64,000 bases of DNA. Origin: Piromyces finnis finn. Lineage: Eukaryota > Fungi > Neocallimastigomycota. The position numbers and the translations under genes were made by a program. Where the stretch lies: assembly GCA_002104945.1 (NCBI GenBank), contig MCFH01000004.1:620001-684000 (forward strand). The letters are read 5' to 3'. The number at the start of each line of letters is the position of its first letter. Position 1 is the stretch's first letter. Of this stretch, positions 16,357 through 31,200 are shown piece after piece. The notes below the pieces were generated by a model, which was not told where the DNA came from, did not search any database, and worked only from the letters and a program-made list of their open reading frames with translations.

Positions 16357-18721
16357 TTTATTGCCCTTATTTTTATTTTAAATATATATATATAAAATAA
16401 TACTGGTTAATATTAATTCGAATTTTATTTTTTAATTAAAATAAAACATTTTTTTCTTTGAAAAACATCTTAAGATAAATATTTATTTAAAAATGTCCTC
16501 CTTTCATTTTTAGTATTATTACTTTTTTTAATAATTAATGAAATCTATTTCTCTACTATTCTACCACTATTATTATTATCGTGAAAATGAAAAAAAAAAA
16601 AAAGCTGTATATAATTATTTGTTGATATTAATATTCGAAATATTCTTTTTTCTTATAATATTTATATTCTTTTATATACTAATTCAATTTTAATAATTTC
16701 GTTTTTATTTTTATATAAAAATGGTGCTTTCAAGCAATAATTCATGAATATCCATTATTAATGTTTTATATGTTTATTTGTTTATTATTATTATTATTAT
16801 TATTACTATTATTGAAATTGATTTATTGTAATTCAATCAATTATATCTCTATCCAATTTTATTTATTCATTAAATTAAAAGAAATTTCTCATTAAATTAA
16901 ATAATTTAAGATTGCTTTTGTATCATATATCCCATTTATATATATGCTTTTTTTTTTTTTTTTTAAATAATATATTGTTATTTATTATAAAGTTCAAGGT
17001 TAAAATAGACATAAAAAAAAAAACAACTTATTTTAAATTTATAGTATATTAATCATATATATAAATTATTATTAATAGTAAATTAAATATATACATTATA
17101 GTGCTTGTCAAACATCTTGGAATATTATTATATGTATTTTAAACTTTGAGGTACTGAAAAAAATTTGCAAGTTTTTCGTAATTTTTAAATTTTAAAAATT
17201 TTGAATAGTTGATTAAATTAATTTAAATATTTATATATTTATATATGGATGAACTATTTTTTTTTTAAATAAATGATATTGATAATAATAACAATTTAAT
17301 TATTAGTATCTTCTTTCTTGAGCTATAAAAAGAGATAAAGTTTGAATAATGTACTGATGATATATAAAGTATCAAAATATAGAGGAGTAAAAGTTGATGA
17401 TAAAATGTTATCTTCTAATTATGAAATTTTCTATAATAACTAATATTATTATAAATGAAAAAATATATTGAGAAAATATACTAGATATTTTTAACTTCAA
17501 TATATCTTTTTATTTATTTATTATAACTTTTTCTTTTTCTTTTTTTTTTTTATTTTTTTGTATAAAGTTTAAATTTTAAAAAAAGAAAAATAGTATTTTA
17601 ACAATTATGATTAATAAAAAATATTTAATAAATTTTATATAATTTATATAAAAAAATTTCAAAATTTTTAATTAAAATTTTGTTTATCCTACATTCTAAA
17701 AAAATAATTTTTTTTGTGAACTTTTTAGCTACATTTAAATTAATTTCTAGTAATATTTACCAGGCACAAAATAAATTATTATTATTACTTATATATGAAT
17801 AGTCACATATAAAAAGATATATTATATAATTAAAATATATAGTTATGAACAATTAAAAAGAATAAAGGTATATCAATATCATAATAAATATCGTTTTGAA
17901 ATGTAAAAATCCTTTTAAATCCCTTTTTTAACGTTGTAATGATGACCATTAGTAAGAATGACCGTCCATAATAATTAGCTTTTTTTTCTTTTCTATATAC
18001 AGATTTTTCTGTTTTGTATAATACATATATCATAACATGTATACATTAATGTAATATGGATGAACAATATTTAATAGTCAAAAAAAATATTTAATTAAAA
18101 AACAAATAAATATAAATAATACTTTTATATTTTATTATATATAATATATATAATATATATAATTGTATAATTGTATATATAATTAAATGGTAAAAATAAA
18201 TTAAATTAAAAAATATTTCTTTTTAAATTATTATAAAATAAAAAATAATTAATAAAATTATATTAAAAAAAATTTACTAATTAATAATAATTATATATTA
18301 TAAATTTATTATAAATTATTTTTATATTTTTATATTTTATATTTTTTTTTTTTTTAAAAATAAAGCATTGAAAAAACATTATATATAATAATATATATAT
18401 TTTTTTCTAATTTAGTTTGAATTAAATTCCTTTTTTGAAACAAAAAATATATAGATAAAACGTAAATATCTATTTAATAAGTGTCTAACGAGTGAAATTC
18501 ATAATAATAAAAAAACAAAAACTATAATTGATAATACCAATATTTAAAATAATTGCAATTTATTTTTTTTTTAAAAACCATTAATATTTCATCAAATATA
18601 AAATATAAAGAAATATATATATATATATATATATAAATTGAGTAATTTTTAATTAGTAATTATAAAATTATAGATATTCATTAATTCAACTTTTTCAATA
18701 TATATATAAAATAAAAGTCAA

Positions 18722-21061
18722 ATGGCATCTGGATATGATAGAGCTTTAACCGTCTTCTCACCAGATGGTCACCTTTTCCAAGTAGAATATGCTCTTGAAG
18801 CTGTTAAAAAGGGTACCTGTGCTGTAAGTATAATAATGATATATTTTTAAACTATCTATTTTATTTTTACTGTTACTGTTATTATTTCAATTTAGGAAAA
18901 AAATTAATTATTTATTGTCAATATATGGGAAATTGAGTTTTTCCCCCCCCCCTTTTTTCTTGAATAAAAATGAATTATTCATCAAAACATCAAACATTTG
19001 TATTATACTATTTCAATTCAATAATAAAGTATTATTTTTGTTTTTAATAATTTTTAACAGTTTTTCTGGTATAACAAAATTTTCACAATATAATTCATCA
19101 ATAACTAATAGATAAATAGTATTATTGTGATTATTAGTATATTAATAAATTTTGTCAATTTAATAATTCCAGTTAACAACATTGCATTTTAAATGTATAG
19201 ATCAAAAAATAAAACATTTTAATTATGTATAAAAATTCATATTTATAAGAAAAATTTATAATTTTCACCAATACTAAAATTTCTGGATTAATAATATTAA
19301 AAAAGAGGATGATAATATAATAAAAACACTTAAAATAGAATTCTTATTTAAAAACCATGTATATTTTAAGAAATGACATTGGAGTTCAAATGACAAATTA
19401 AATAGTTCTTATGTAAAAAATAATTGTACCAATAGTTTTAATATTATTAAATTGACATATATCAGCTATTGCAGAAATACTTTATTTTAAAAAACCAAAT
19501 AGTTTATTTATACCTATACATTTTAAAAAAAAACATATATATACTTTTTAAGGGAATATTCAATTTTAAATAAATCATAAATCATATATGAAAAGGAAAT
19601 AAAATTACATTTCATTATTTTAATACATCAATGATATTGATCATTTATAAAAAAGAAAACTATGATTAAATAACTTAATTTAAACCAATTAAATGCTAAT
19701 GAATATAAAAAAATATTTAAATGAATAGGTCGGTGTTAGAGGAAAAGATGTTGTTGTTTTAGGTGTTGAAAAGAAATCTGTTCTTAAACTTCAAGATCCT
19801 CGTACCGTCAGAAAAATCTGTATGTTAGATAACCACATTTGCATGGCTTCTGCTGGTAAATATTCTATTGTTTGTTTTATTTTCTTTTATAATCAAATTT
19901 AATATAAATTTAGAATAACAAGAAAAATATTGTAATAATGAAAAACTATATATTAATAATAAAAAAAAAAAAAAGGTTTAACTGCTGATGCTCGTGTTCT
20001 TATTGATAAGGCTCGTGTTGAATGTCAAAGTCACAGACTTGTTGTTGAAGATCCAGTATTCGTTGAATACATTACTAAATATATTGCTGGAATTCAACAA
20101 GTAATTATTATAGTTATGGATATAAATGGATATAAGATGATTTTATAATTTAAATATAATAGAGAGATAATATTTATAAATTATGTATTATTTTTTTTTT
20201 TATTTAGAAATATACTCAAAGTGGTGGTGTTAGACCATATGGTGTTTCTACTTTAATTATGGGTTTCGATTATGGAAAACCAAAGTTATTCCAAACTGAT
20301 CCATCTGGTATTTTCTCTGAATGGAAGGTAAGCAATCACTTTTATTTAAGTAATTATATTAAAAAAAATTATATCATCTAACCTAGATGCAATTTTTAAA
20401 TATAATAAATGAATCCGATTTTAATGTACCATTTTGTTAGGCCACTTCAATTGGTAGAAGTTCAAAGACTATTAAGGAATTCTTAGAAAAGAATTATGTT
20501 GAAGATATGTCAAAGGAAGATACCATAAAATTAACTATTAAATCACTTCTTGAAGTAAATAAAATAATATTTTATATTTGATATATTAGTAGAGATGTCA
20601 TAGAAGTAGAAAATCAAATAATAACTATATATAAAAATGAATTATTATAAAGGTTGTTCAAACTGGTGCCAAGAATATTGAAATTGCTGTTATGACTGAC
20701 GATAGTGTTACTAAGGTAAGAATAATTATTTATTATCAAGTTTTTTTTTTTTTTTTTTTTTTGTAGTTTATTAAAAAGTTGAGATGCGATGGGAATATGA
20801 AGGATTATTAATTTTTCAAATTAAAATTTTATAATTATATGATTTATTTTTTAGTTCATGGATAACAAGGAAATTGAAGGTAATATTATATTATAGAAAT
20901 AGCATTATTGTCGTACTAATAATTTAAAGTATATATCAAGTATTTTGTTATTAATTATAATTTGTAATTTAATTTTTATTTTATAAAAATTAGATATTGT
21001 TGCTGAAATTGAAAAGGAAAAAGAAGAAGAAGCTGCCAAGAAGAAGAAGCCAGTTCATTAA
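18722..21061 (+). CDS. PRE6: 20S proteasome subunit alpha4 (PSMA7)
   Basis: [34 protein letters not shown]|VGVRGKD...LTADARVL...[11 protein letters not shown]...[14 protein letters not shown]. Eight exons including a 25-nt exon; intron 1 is about 900 nt. Confidence 0.96.
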
Positions 21062-22300
21062 ATAAATTCGTTATAATCTAACATTTTCAGATTTTTATAA
21101 TTAAATAGTAAATATATTAATAGATACAACTATTATATATATATTTATAATAATAATGCTCTATAGTTAGTAGCAATACTATTAATAATTAACAAGTGTA
21201 TTGATTTTTATTTATTTATTATACCTATTCATTTCATTTCTTTTATTATTTGTTATGATAGAGTTTCAAAATCATTTATAAAATCAAATATTAAAAAAAA
21301 ATATATTCATTAATATAAATCATTATATGAAAAGCAAAACATAATAATATATTAAAGAAAATAATAATAATAAAAAAAAAATAACAAAAAACAAAAAACA
21401 AAAAACAAAACCAAAACAGAAATAACAATAACATCACTATAATGAACAAATAGTATATTCATTTATCAAGAATGTAAAGCAATTACAAATTAAATATATA
21501 TATTTATATATCCATGTTTATATAATAAAATAAAAATTAATAATACTATATATAAAAATTTAAAAAAGTTTTTTTTTAACTTTAATGAAAGTATTTAAGT
21601 TTTTAACATTATAATTATTGCTATCTTTATTGTATTATTTCTATATACATATATATAATATTTATATAAAAGTTTTAATGCATTAACCATAGTGAAAAAA
21701 AAGGAATATTATTTAATACTATTACAACTTTTACAAATAATAATATTGATAGTTATGGATAAAAGAAAGATTAAATGTTTAATGGGCAGTTTTTTTATTA
21801 TTAATTTATTTTTAAATAAAAGTTTGTTTTATTATTTTATAATGGAAAAAAGAAAAGACTCTAAATTTTTATTATACATCTTATATAAATTGATATATAT
21901 ATTATTTAATGTGCTCTTTTTTTTTTTTTTATTTTATTTTTATTGATGATAAAAGGTTTATTTTATTTTGTTTTATTTTATTTTTTTTTCCTTTACTTTT
22001 ATCTTTTCAGTTGATATATTTTTTTAATTAATGTAATACAAATTACTAGTACAAAAAAAGTAAAATAATTAATAAGAAATTTTATAGGTAAAAATTTTTA
22101 TTTTCAATTTTCTTTTTTTTTTTTTTTTTTTTTTTTTTACTAAATTATATATATATATTTTAATTTAATGAAAAAGTTTTAATTTGTTAATTAAATATAA
22201 ATTTATAAATATTGAGGTCTTTCTTTTTCTATTCATTATATTCTTTACTATATATATAACCACATCAAAAACTTTTTTTTATTAAAAAAAAAAAAAAAGT

Positions 22301-24253
22301 ATGACAGATAATTATTATAATAATTCTATAAGCAATGGTGATATAAAAATGAAGTAAATTTTTAAATACATAAATTTAAAAGATTATTGTTAAATAATAA
22401 AAAAAAAAAGTAATATTCATTAATTAAATATATATTTTATTTCATTTTCAATATATAATATATATAATATACAATATATATTTTCTTTAAAACATTTATA
22501 AAAAAAAAAGTGAAGCCAAAAAAATTAAAAAAGAAGAGAGTAATAAAGCTCTTCTTAAGCAAATTGAAATTCAAAATTTAAAAATGAAAATTATAGAAAA
22601 TTATGAAAAAAAACAATGGACCATTGAGTATAGTCCTTTTAAGTTAAAAATTATACCACCTCAAGATATTTCCATTTCACTTACAGGACTTTCCGATGAA
22701 ATCATTTATATGATTTTCGAATATTTAAATATTTCAGACGTAAAAGAATTATCAAAAGCATCTAAAGATCTTTATAAATTTTCGGTACATTATTTGTATG
22801 AACATCCAGTTATTTCTTCTTTGGCTTCTCTTTCTCAATATCTTCAACAATATGAAAGGGTAAGACAGGTCCAACCCATTGCTTTACCTGTTTTCATTCA
22901 ATCCTTAACTCTTACTATGGGATTTTATCATGAAATTATAAGAAATTTAGGTCAATCCAATTATTGTCAACAACTCTTTTCTTTACTACAAGAACTTTTT
23001 CGTCTATCGTATCTTACCATTTCTTCTTTATCTCTTAATTTTCAAATTGATAATAATAACTTTTATTCATTTTTTATGCCTATCATTCAAAACTATACCT
23101 TTTCAAAATTGACCGTTTTACGTCTTAGAAATCCTACCAAAGAAACATTAAATTATTTATTGTTACGTATGCCTCACCTTCAGTATCTTTCACAAGACAA
23201 TTATACCAATCCATTTTATGTTTCTGTTAAAGAAATATTTTCTTTAGATTCATTATGTCAATATAACATTCGAAATTTCTATTATACCATTGGTGATCCA
23301 TTGGATACCCGTTTTAACCTTTATTTGAAAAGTCAAAATTTGGGTTTATGGAAAATTATTTTAAAGAATGAAAATGCTTTTGATACAGGTAAGCCTATAT
23401 ACAACTTATTATATTATTAGTAATAGTAGTAATAGTAGTAGTAGTAATAGTATTTTCGTTTTATCCTACCTACTATCGTTAATATAAACATTATAAAAAA
23501 AAAATTAATTAAAAAAAAATATATATATATTATATTTTCAATTTTATAATTTTTTCAATGAGTTTAGAAATCAATATCAATGAAAAAAATCAAATGTTAA
23601 CTCAATTTATGAGAATTTATCCAAATGCATTAAGTGTTAATTTAAATCGGAATATGAATAACAATACATTATTAGCCTTAACTTCATGCCGACAATTAAT
23701 TGAACTTCATCTTCATTATGGCAATTTTACTTCTATTGGTCTTTGTAATTTATTTTCAGGGTTTACTTCATCTTTTGATCAATTAAGTTATCTTTCCTTA
23801 GATTCCTGTCAAGGTGTAAATGATGATGTAGTACAAGCCATTACACAGAATTGTCCAAAACTTGTTACCTTTAGTGTGAATCAATGTCGATGGGTCACCG
23901 ATTGTTCCATGAAATTTATCTGTGAACAATTAACACAACTTAAAAGATTAGAAGTTTCCGGTACACGTTTAACTTCTGTTGGTCTTTGGAATTTAACTGG
24001 CATGGCACGTCTTTCCCATCTTAATTTAACCCAATGTTATCATCTTTCACTTGAAGGACTTATTGAATTTATTAAAACAACAACATCCTTATTTTTCAGT
24101 GTTAGTAGTCTTAATCAACAAGAAAAACATAAAAATGGGTGTATTGGCATGGACGATTCATTATTTTATGATATATCTGAAGATCTTACGATGTATGCTT
24201 CCACTGAAATTGATAAATTAAAGGAATTACAAAATAATTATAAGGTAGGATAA
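22301..24253 (+). CDS. F-box / leucine-rich-repeat protein, about 538 aa
   Basis: Exons 22301-22353, 22511-23388, 23568-24253 are in phase. F-box LTGLSDEIIYMIFEYLNISDVKELSKASKDLY and Cys-containing LRRs (CPKLVTFSVNQCRWVTD, LKRLEVSGTRLTSVGL). Confidence 0.85.
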
Positions 24254-25070
24254 AGATTACCTATTTTTATATAATGATCATCCATATATTATTATTATTA
24301 TAACACAATATTAAGTATTGTTACTATTAATAATAATATTAATAATAGAATAAATTAAATTTTATTTTTATTTGCTTATTTATTTATTTATTAATATTTT
24401 TTTTTTTTTTTAAAAAAAAAAATAAAAAAAAAAAATAGATGCATCAAATGCAAAATGACATATCTTCCCTTGATATTACTTCTAAAAAGAAAAAATATCG
24501 ACAACGTAGTATATCCAATATTTTTTTACAATATTGTAAACACTAAAAAAGAAAGGAAAGGAAAAAAATGTAAAATAGATAGAAAGAAAGAAAGGAGGAA
24601 GAAAGAAAAAGAGGGTCTATTATTATTATTATTTATTTTTTCATTTTAATTTTATTAGTTATGTTAAAAAAAGAAAAAATGATAACATGTTATACATTTT
24701 AAATTTTTTAAAAGCTACATATAAAGTATTATTAAGATAAAATAAATTAAATAAACAAAAAAAAAAAAAAAGATAATTAATTTATAAAATCATTAAATTA
24801 TATATATTATATATTTGTTTCTATGATGAATTTATATATGTTTTTTTATCCTATCTATACTAAACAAGCAAACAAAACAACAATTATTTTATCTTATTCA
24901 TGTAAAATTAAATAAATAATAAAAAAAGTATGGTTAGAACTATTCTACCTTTTACCTATTTAAATGAATGAATTTAGGAATAAATAAAAAAAATTTTGTT
25001 CTTGTGAATTCATATATTATATATATTATATATTTAAAAAAATGATACAACCCATTAGATTATTTGAATT

Positions 25071-25101
<31 letters not shown>

Positions 25102-25361
25102 TTATTATTGTTATTATTTTAAAATGAATTTTTATTTTATTAAATACAAAATTATTTATTTTAGGTGTAAAAGAGATAAAAATAAACAAAAAGAAAAAAA
25201 AAAAAAAAAGTTTTAAAATGAAAAAAGAATAAAAATAAGTAATAAATAATACATAAATTATATAAATTATATATAGATTAATGATAGAATTCTAGAGTAG
25301 TTAGGTAAATGACTGTGTTATTTTTAACCACTTGGTACTATTAAATTATTATTTTTTTTTT

Positions 25362-26594
25362 TTAATTATGTCTCTTTCTTCCTTTTCCCTTTTTTCCTCT
25401 ATATGATTTTTTTATACCATTTTGAGAAGCTTTTTGTATATCATTGAATTTTCTCTTAAAGTATTGTCTTGAACTGACATCATTCATAATTTCATCTAAT
25501 AAAGTATTCTTACGTTCTTTTTTGGTTAAACGAGAAGAGAAGTATTCTGATTTATCTTCAACAATTGTACCAACCTTTTTATTATTATTATTTTTTTAAT
25601 TTTTTTTTTTTTTTTTGATGTTATAGTTATTGCATTTTTTTTTTTTTATTGATATTAGTAGAAATAATAAAAAGTAGTTATAATTATTAAAATAAGTAAT
25701 TTTTTTTTTTTTTTAAAAAATTATAGTTATATATTGTATAGTTTTATAAAATTTTTTTTATCATTTTTATAATGAAAAAATAGTAATTACTTGGAAGTAT
25801 TTTGGTAAGCCCTTAGTATCATCTTTCTTGTAGTGCCTTTTTCTATCTAATACATTTCTCATTTTTATAAGTTGTAAATCTAATTTAACTTCTGGAGTAA
25901 TTTCTGGAGCTGGCATATCAAACCATTTTTTACCGGCAGTTTCTGCTTTTTTCTTTTATTATTACAATTATAATTATTATTTTATAAATATGATGGTAAA
26001 GAGGAAAAAGGTTAATAAGAAAATTTTTAAATGGACAAATGGAAAAGGAATATAAAGTCTAAATTTTAAATTTTTTGAAATAGGATATCTAATTCACCTA
26101 GTATTAAAATCGATAAATATTGTAAAAAAAAAAAAAAAAAAAAATAATTACTTCATCCTTTGGTAAATCAAGAGAAGGTATTGTTCCAATTTTAACTTTT
26201 TCTAAAGCCTTTTTATTTTTCTTATTTATTTTTTCATTTTCTGAAATATCTACGACGGCTGAATCTAATTTTACAATTCCATTTTTATTTCTTTTTAAAT
26301 AAAAGTTTCTATTATCTACACCAGTTGAAAGTTGGGATGAACTTTTTATTATTATTATTATTATTATTTAAGTAAATTATTATTGATAAAATTAAGAAAA
26401 AATATAGAAAAAAAGAATAATAAAAAAAAAATTTAATAATTTCGAAATGTATATACTTACTACATATATCATATATCATATATATATATATACACTATAT
26501 ACTATAAATATTTTTAAAAATAAATAATAAATACCTTTGAATATTAGTAATTTTAGTTTCTTTAGCAGCATTAGAGTTAGTATTACTAAGGATA

Positions 26595-26637
<43 letters not shown>

Positions 26638-26756
26638 GAATATTTAAAAATTAGTATTTATCAATTAAATTGTGTTATGCAATTTAAAAAACATTTTATA
26701 ACATATATTTAAATATAGAATGGTATTACTCTTACTCTATTAAAAAAAAAAAAAAT

Positions 26757-26790
<34 letters not shown>

Positions 26791-27023
26791 CAATAGCAAC
26801 AATAATAACAACTAAATTTCATAGTTTTTTTTTTTTGAAATCCAAATTTCATTGAAATTTGATTTTCAAATTATAAAAAAGAAAAAAAAAAATAAAATAT
26901 TGAACCAAAAACAAATTTAATTTATTCCATATTTAATATTTACACTCCATCTTCTTGTTCTTTCTTTTTTAAATTTTCAGTTGCTTTTAATAATAAATCG
27001 TCTAATGAAAAATCGTCAGGCAT
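25362..27023 (-). CDS. FCF2: Fcf2 pre-rRNA processing protein (DNTTIP2 homolog)
   Basis: Five exons. Fcf2 domain ETAGKKWFDMPAPEITPEVKLDLQLIKMRNVLDRKRHYKK...PKYFQ|VGTIVE...SRLTKKERKNTLLDEIM. Absent from the ORF track because the exons are short. Confidence 0.9.
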
Positions 27024-28172
27024 TTTTTATTATTAAAGTATTATATTAAAAAATTAAAACAACAATTTTGTAATTTTTTTTTTTTTCTTGCAAAAAAAAT
27101 TGATAAATTATATTAAAATAAGTTTTAAAATTTTACTATTCAACTCATAAATTGATTGGTTAAAATTTAATAATATTAGAATATTAAAAAAAAAAAAAAA
27201 CTCTAGGTAATGTAATCAACTATCTTTTAAAATTAAAACTATTTTTTTTTTTTTTAAAAAAAGAAAAGCATTTCTTTTATTATTACTATTTGTTTCTTTA
27301 ATGAAAACAATTCTATTTTTAAAAAGCTTTTTATTATTTTTACTAATTAGAATTATGGCACAATTAAATTTAAAAAATAAATTTAATTAAAAAAAGGGAT
27401 ATAACATTATTCTAGTTATTTTTTAATGTAAAATAAAAAGGCCACATTTATTAAAGTCTGTTAGTTGACTTTCAATGAATGTTAGTGTCAATAACATAAA
27501 ATATGATTTAGAAATGTCTTTGAGGTTTAATTTAATTTTACACCTTTAAAGTTTTTTTTTTTTCCAGTCAAAGAAAAGAATTTAAATATAACTATTTTTG
27601 CTTACAGACTAAAATTATATACCTTTTTTGTACATTTATTGGGAATATTAAAATTATTATGAAATAGAATACACCTTTTAAAAGAATTATAATCATTATT
27701 ATTATTTTTTTTTATTATGACTAATAAAAAACACTTTTTTAATATTATTATTGCTATTATTACTTTTTTTTTTTTTTTTTTTTTTTGCTATTAGTATTAT
27801 TGGTATTTTTCATTGATACGACTATTTTGAATATCCTTTATTTTTTTTGATAAAAAGATTTAATGTTTTTTTTTTTAAACTTGATAAATTGAGAAACAGA
27901 TTTCCCTTACCAGATAGTTTTAAAATTTTCGAGTTATCATCGATTAATATTGAATCTTCTTTGGATAACCTTTTTTTTTTATACAATGGAAAAAAGTTTA
28001 TTCCCGAATAAATTTAGTTGCTTTGCTATTTTTTTTTTATTATTCAATTTATAATTTGCTTCTTGTATTCCATCGTTAATTGAAAAAACCGCCAAGGTAT
28101 TCAAAATATAATAAAATCTTTTTTAGTATTTCATCATCAAATTTATTATCCTCATCCTATTAGCCCTTAATA

Positions 28173-28187
28173 GATTTTTCCTTTTTA
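28173..28187. repeat. Target-site duplication, 3' copy (GATTTTTCCTTTTTA)
   Basis: Directly abuts the poly(A) tail and is identical to 33966-33980. Confidence 0.92.
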
Positions 28188-28218
<31 letters not shown>

Positions 28219-31200
28219 GGCATCAAATATTTTAAACTTTATTATTAATTTAATTAAAATTATAATACATGAAATATAAAAATTAAAATAAAATAAAAAT
28301 AAAAAAAATATGTTTAAATAAACACAAATGAATAAAAATTGGGTATAATGTATTCTAGTAATTTTAATTAAAGTAAGAAAGCCACTATCATACTAAAGTA
28401 TAATAATTGTATTTGACTTCCAATGGGACACCGAGCCAAAGATCAAAATTTTATCATGGGACAAAATTATGATCTCCATTGGTTGCGCTGGCCCTCCTGG
28501 CCTGTCTTACTGTTTCTTCAGCATTGACGCTCTTGGATGTTGCTTCAAACCTTTTGAACATTGACCATTGCTGGCCAATAGCAAAAGGCATGATTTTGGT
28601 TAGAAGTTCCGCGGTTACCGTCAAGAATGGTGTTCCTTCATTAGTACCAGATTGAATCTGACGCTTACAAAGTTCTTTCCATTCCCTTGAATTGTAATTG
28701 ATATTGTTAAAACTTCTTCCCCCAAGAAGGAATTTAAATATTTTACTGCACACACTAGAATAATCATACACATTAATATTCACCGGATTATTAGAACTAT
28801 TACTATCATTAACTAAATTACTATCTAAATTAGAATTATTATCTTCACTATTGCTATCATTACTAGTATTATTATTTCTATAACTACTATTGTTATTATT
28901 ACTATTTCTATTACTACTATTGTTATTATTACTATTGTTACTATTACTATTGTTATTACTACTATTGTTACTATTACTATTAATGTTATTGCTATCTCTA
29001 CTGATATTAACATTTTCATTATTATTGATAGGACTATTGGAATTACGTTGACTGAAAAAATTTAGTAGCTGGACTATGGAATCATAATGTTTAATACGGA
29101 TATCTCTAAATGTTGGACAATCTTATAACCAATGTTTAATACTTTGAACACCACACTTGCAACATGGACAGTAGTTAGGACAAACTGGATCAACAAATTT
29201 AGCAGCTTTGGCAACTCTAGCATCCAACTTGTATCCGCTTCTTGCTTTCAATAGCCAATAGAAGCTATAGGCAAACTCTGGGTACTCATAACATAATTTA
29301 ATAAAATCTTTAGTTTCAATAAATTTATTATCATCATAATATTGCGCTTTGATTGAATTCCCTTTGAGATCTTTCCAATAAAAGTTTTTAACTGCTTTAA
29401 CATCTCCATGCTTCTTTAGTTTTTTATCAAGTGTCCTACTTGATTTGCACCACGTGTATTTTCTAAATTTAGGAATGTAATTGAAAAGGTGTGAGATAAT
29501 ACAATTTGAGTTTTTCCATTTGTTAAAACATCTAACCTGAGCTAACGCACATTTGGCTGACAATGGAGGAATATTCAAATCTTTTGAGATAGAGTATAAA
29601 GATATAAACGATACAGCTTTATGAACTCCGGCAACCCATCGTATTCCTTTGTTAACATGCTTCTGAGCAATCCTAGACCTGGCTTTGTTGGATCCAAGTA
29701 ATGGTGCAAAGTATGAAACTCTGCTAATCACTTGTGAGTTAAGTACTAGCTTTTTGAAGGGAATAGGAATATTAGGATTTCTTAAGAATTTACTGACTGA
29801 AAAAAGTCCTTTCAAAACCTTGTTATTAAGAGCTTTAATTACTGGTTTAAGGGACAGATTCTTATCAAATGGAACACCAAGATAAGTATAACAATCAGTA
29901 GTTGGAATGGGTTGTCCTGCTAAGTAAAATGTTGGATCTCTCTTGTTCTGATTTTCTATTGATTCAGGACGAATCACCATCGTTGAACATTTCTGGATAC
30001 CAAATTCCATTTCATTATACAAGGCCCATTCATTAACTCTTCTTAGCATCTTTTTTAAGCATCCTCTTGTTGGAGCACAAATAACTATATCATCTGCAAA
30101 AAGTCCACCACAGCATCGAGTGTCACCTAAACTGACTCCTAGATCTTCGCACTCTTTAAATATATCATTAATAAAGAGATTAAAGAGAATAGGAGAAAGA
30201 GGGCATCCTTGACGGACTCCTTTCTTCACATCAAAAGATTTCGAGAATTGTCCATCTAATTTGACATTAGCCTTAGATGTTAAATATAAATTTTTGATAA
30301 ATTGTAAACTCTTACCTCGGATTCCTAAACAATCTAATTTATGGAGAATATTGCCAATTGGGACTGAATCGTATGCTTTCCTGAGATCTAAAAAGGCCAA
30401 ATATGTCTCTTTATTATCTAATTGACGTCTACGGCATATTTCTTGGATTGAAATGAAAAGACTGATACTTTCTTCCTTTTTTCGAAAACCAAATTGTTCA
30501 GGTCTAATGAAATTATTCTTTAGACCATTTTCTGAGATTCTAGTGGTGACAATTTTGGAAATCAACTTAATGCCATTATTGATAAGTGATATACCTCGAT
30601 AGTTATCACAATCTGTCAAATCTCCCTTCTTAGGAATAGAAACAATACTGGATTCATTCCATGAGTTGGGGAAGTCTCCATCCCAAATACGGTTGAATAA
30701 TTTAAGAATAAAATTTAAACCATGAGCATCATTATCTGAAGTGGTATTACCGGAAGAATTATTATCTGTAGCATTATTAGAATCATTACTTGATGGAATT
30801 AATGCTTTGTAAAATTCAATTGGAATACCATCCGGACCTGATGCTTTATAATTTGGAGTAGAGAGGATAGCTGACTTGACTTCATCAATACTAATATCTT
30901 GGTTGATATCCCACTCATCAAGCATAGGAAGTGAAAAACGTTTATTCATTGGTTCTTCATACCAATGCTCCAAATCAAGACTTACACCACTTGGATCTGA
31001 TGCAAGCTTTTCGAAATGATCATGCCACACTTCTAGTTGTTCTTCTGTAGCAACAACTAATTCTCCATTTTTATTTTTAATTGGTTGAGCAATAAAGAAA
31101 GAATCTTTTCCTATTTTTGCAGTTTTCTTGATCCATTTCCAGGCCTTCTTAGGATTATGACTCTTCATATACTCACATCCTGTTTTAATCCAATGAAGAT

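Noticed and set aside
17939-17975. C box followed by a segment loosely complementary to 18S AUGGCCGUUCUUA
   Set aside because: Pairing needs a mismatch and two G:U pairs, and no D or D' box follows.
18824-19728. Unusually long first intron of PRE6 as a possible snoRNA host
   Set aside because: No C/D box pair or H/ACA fold found by eye.
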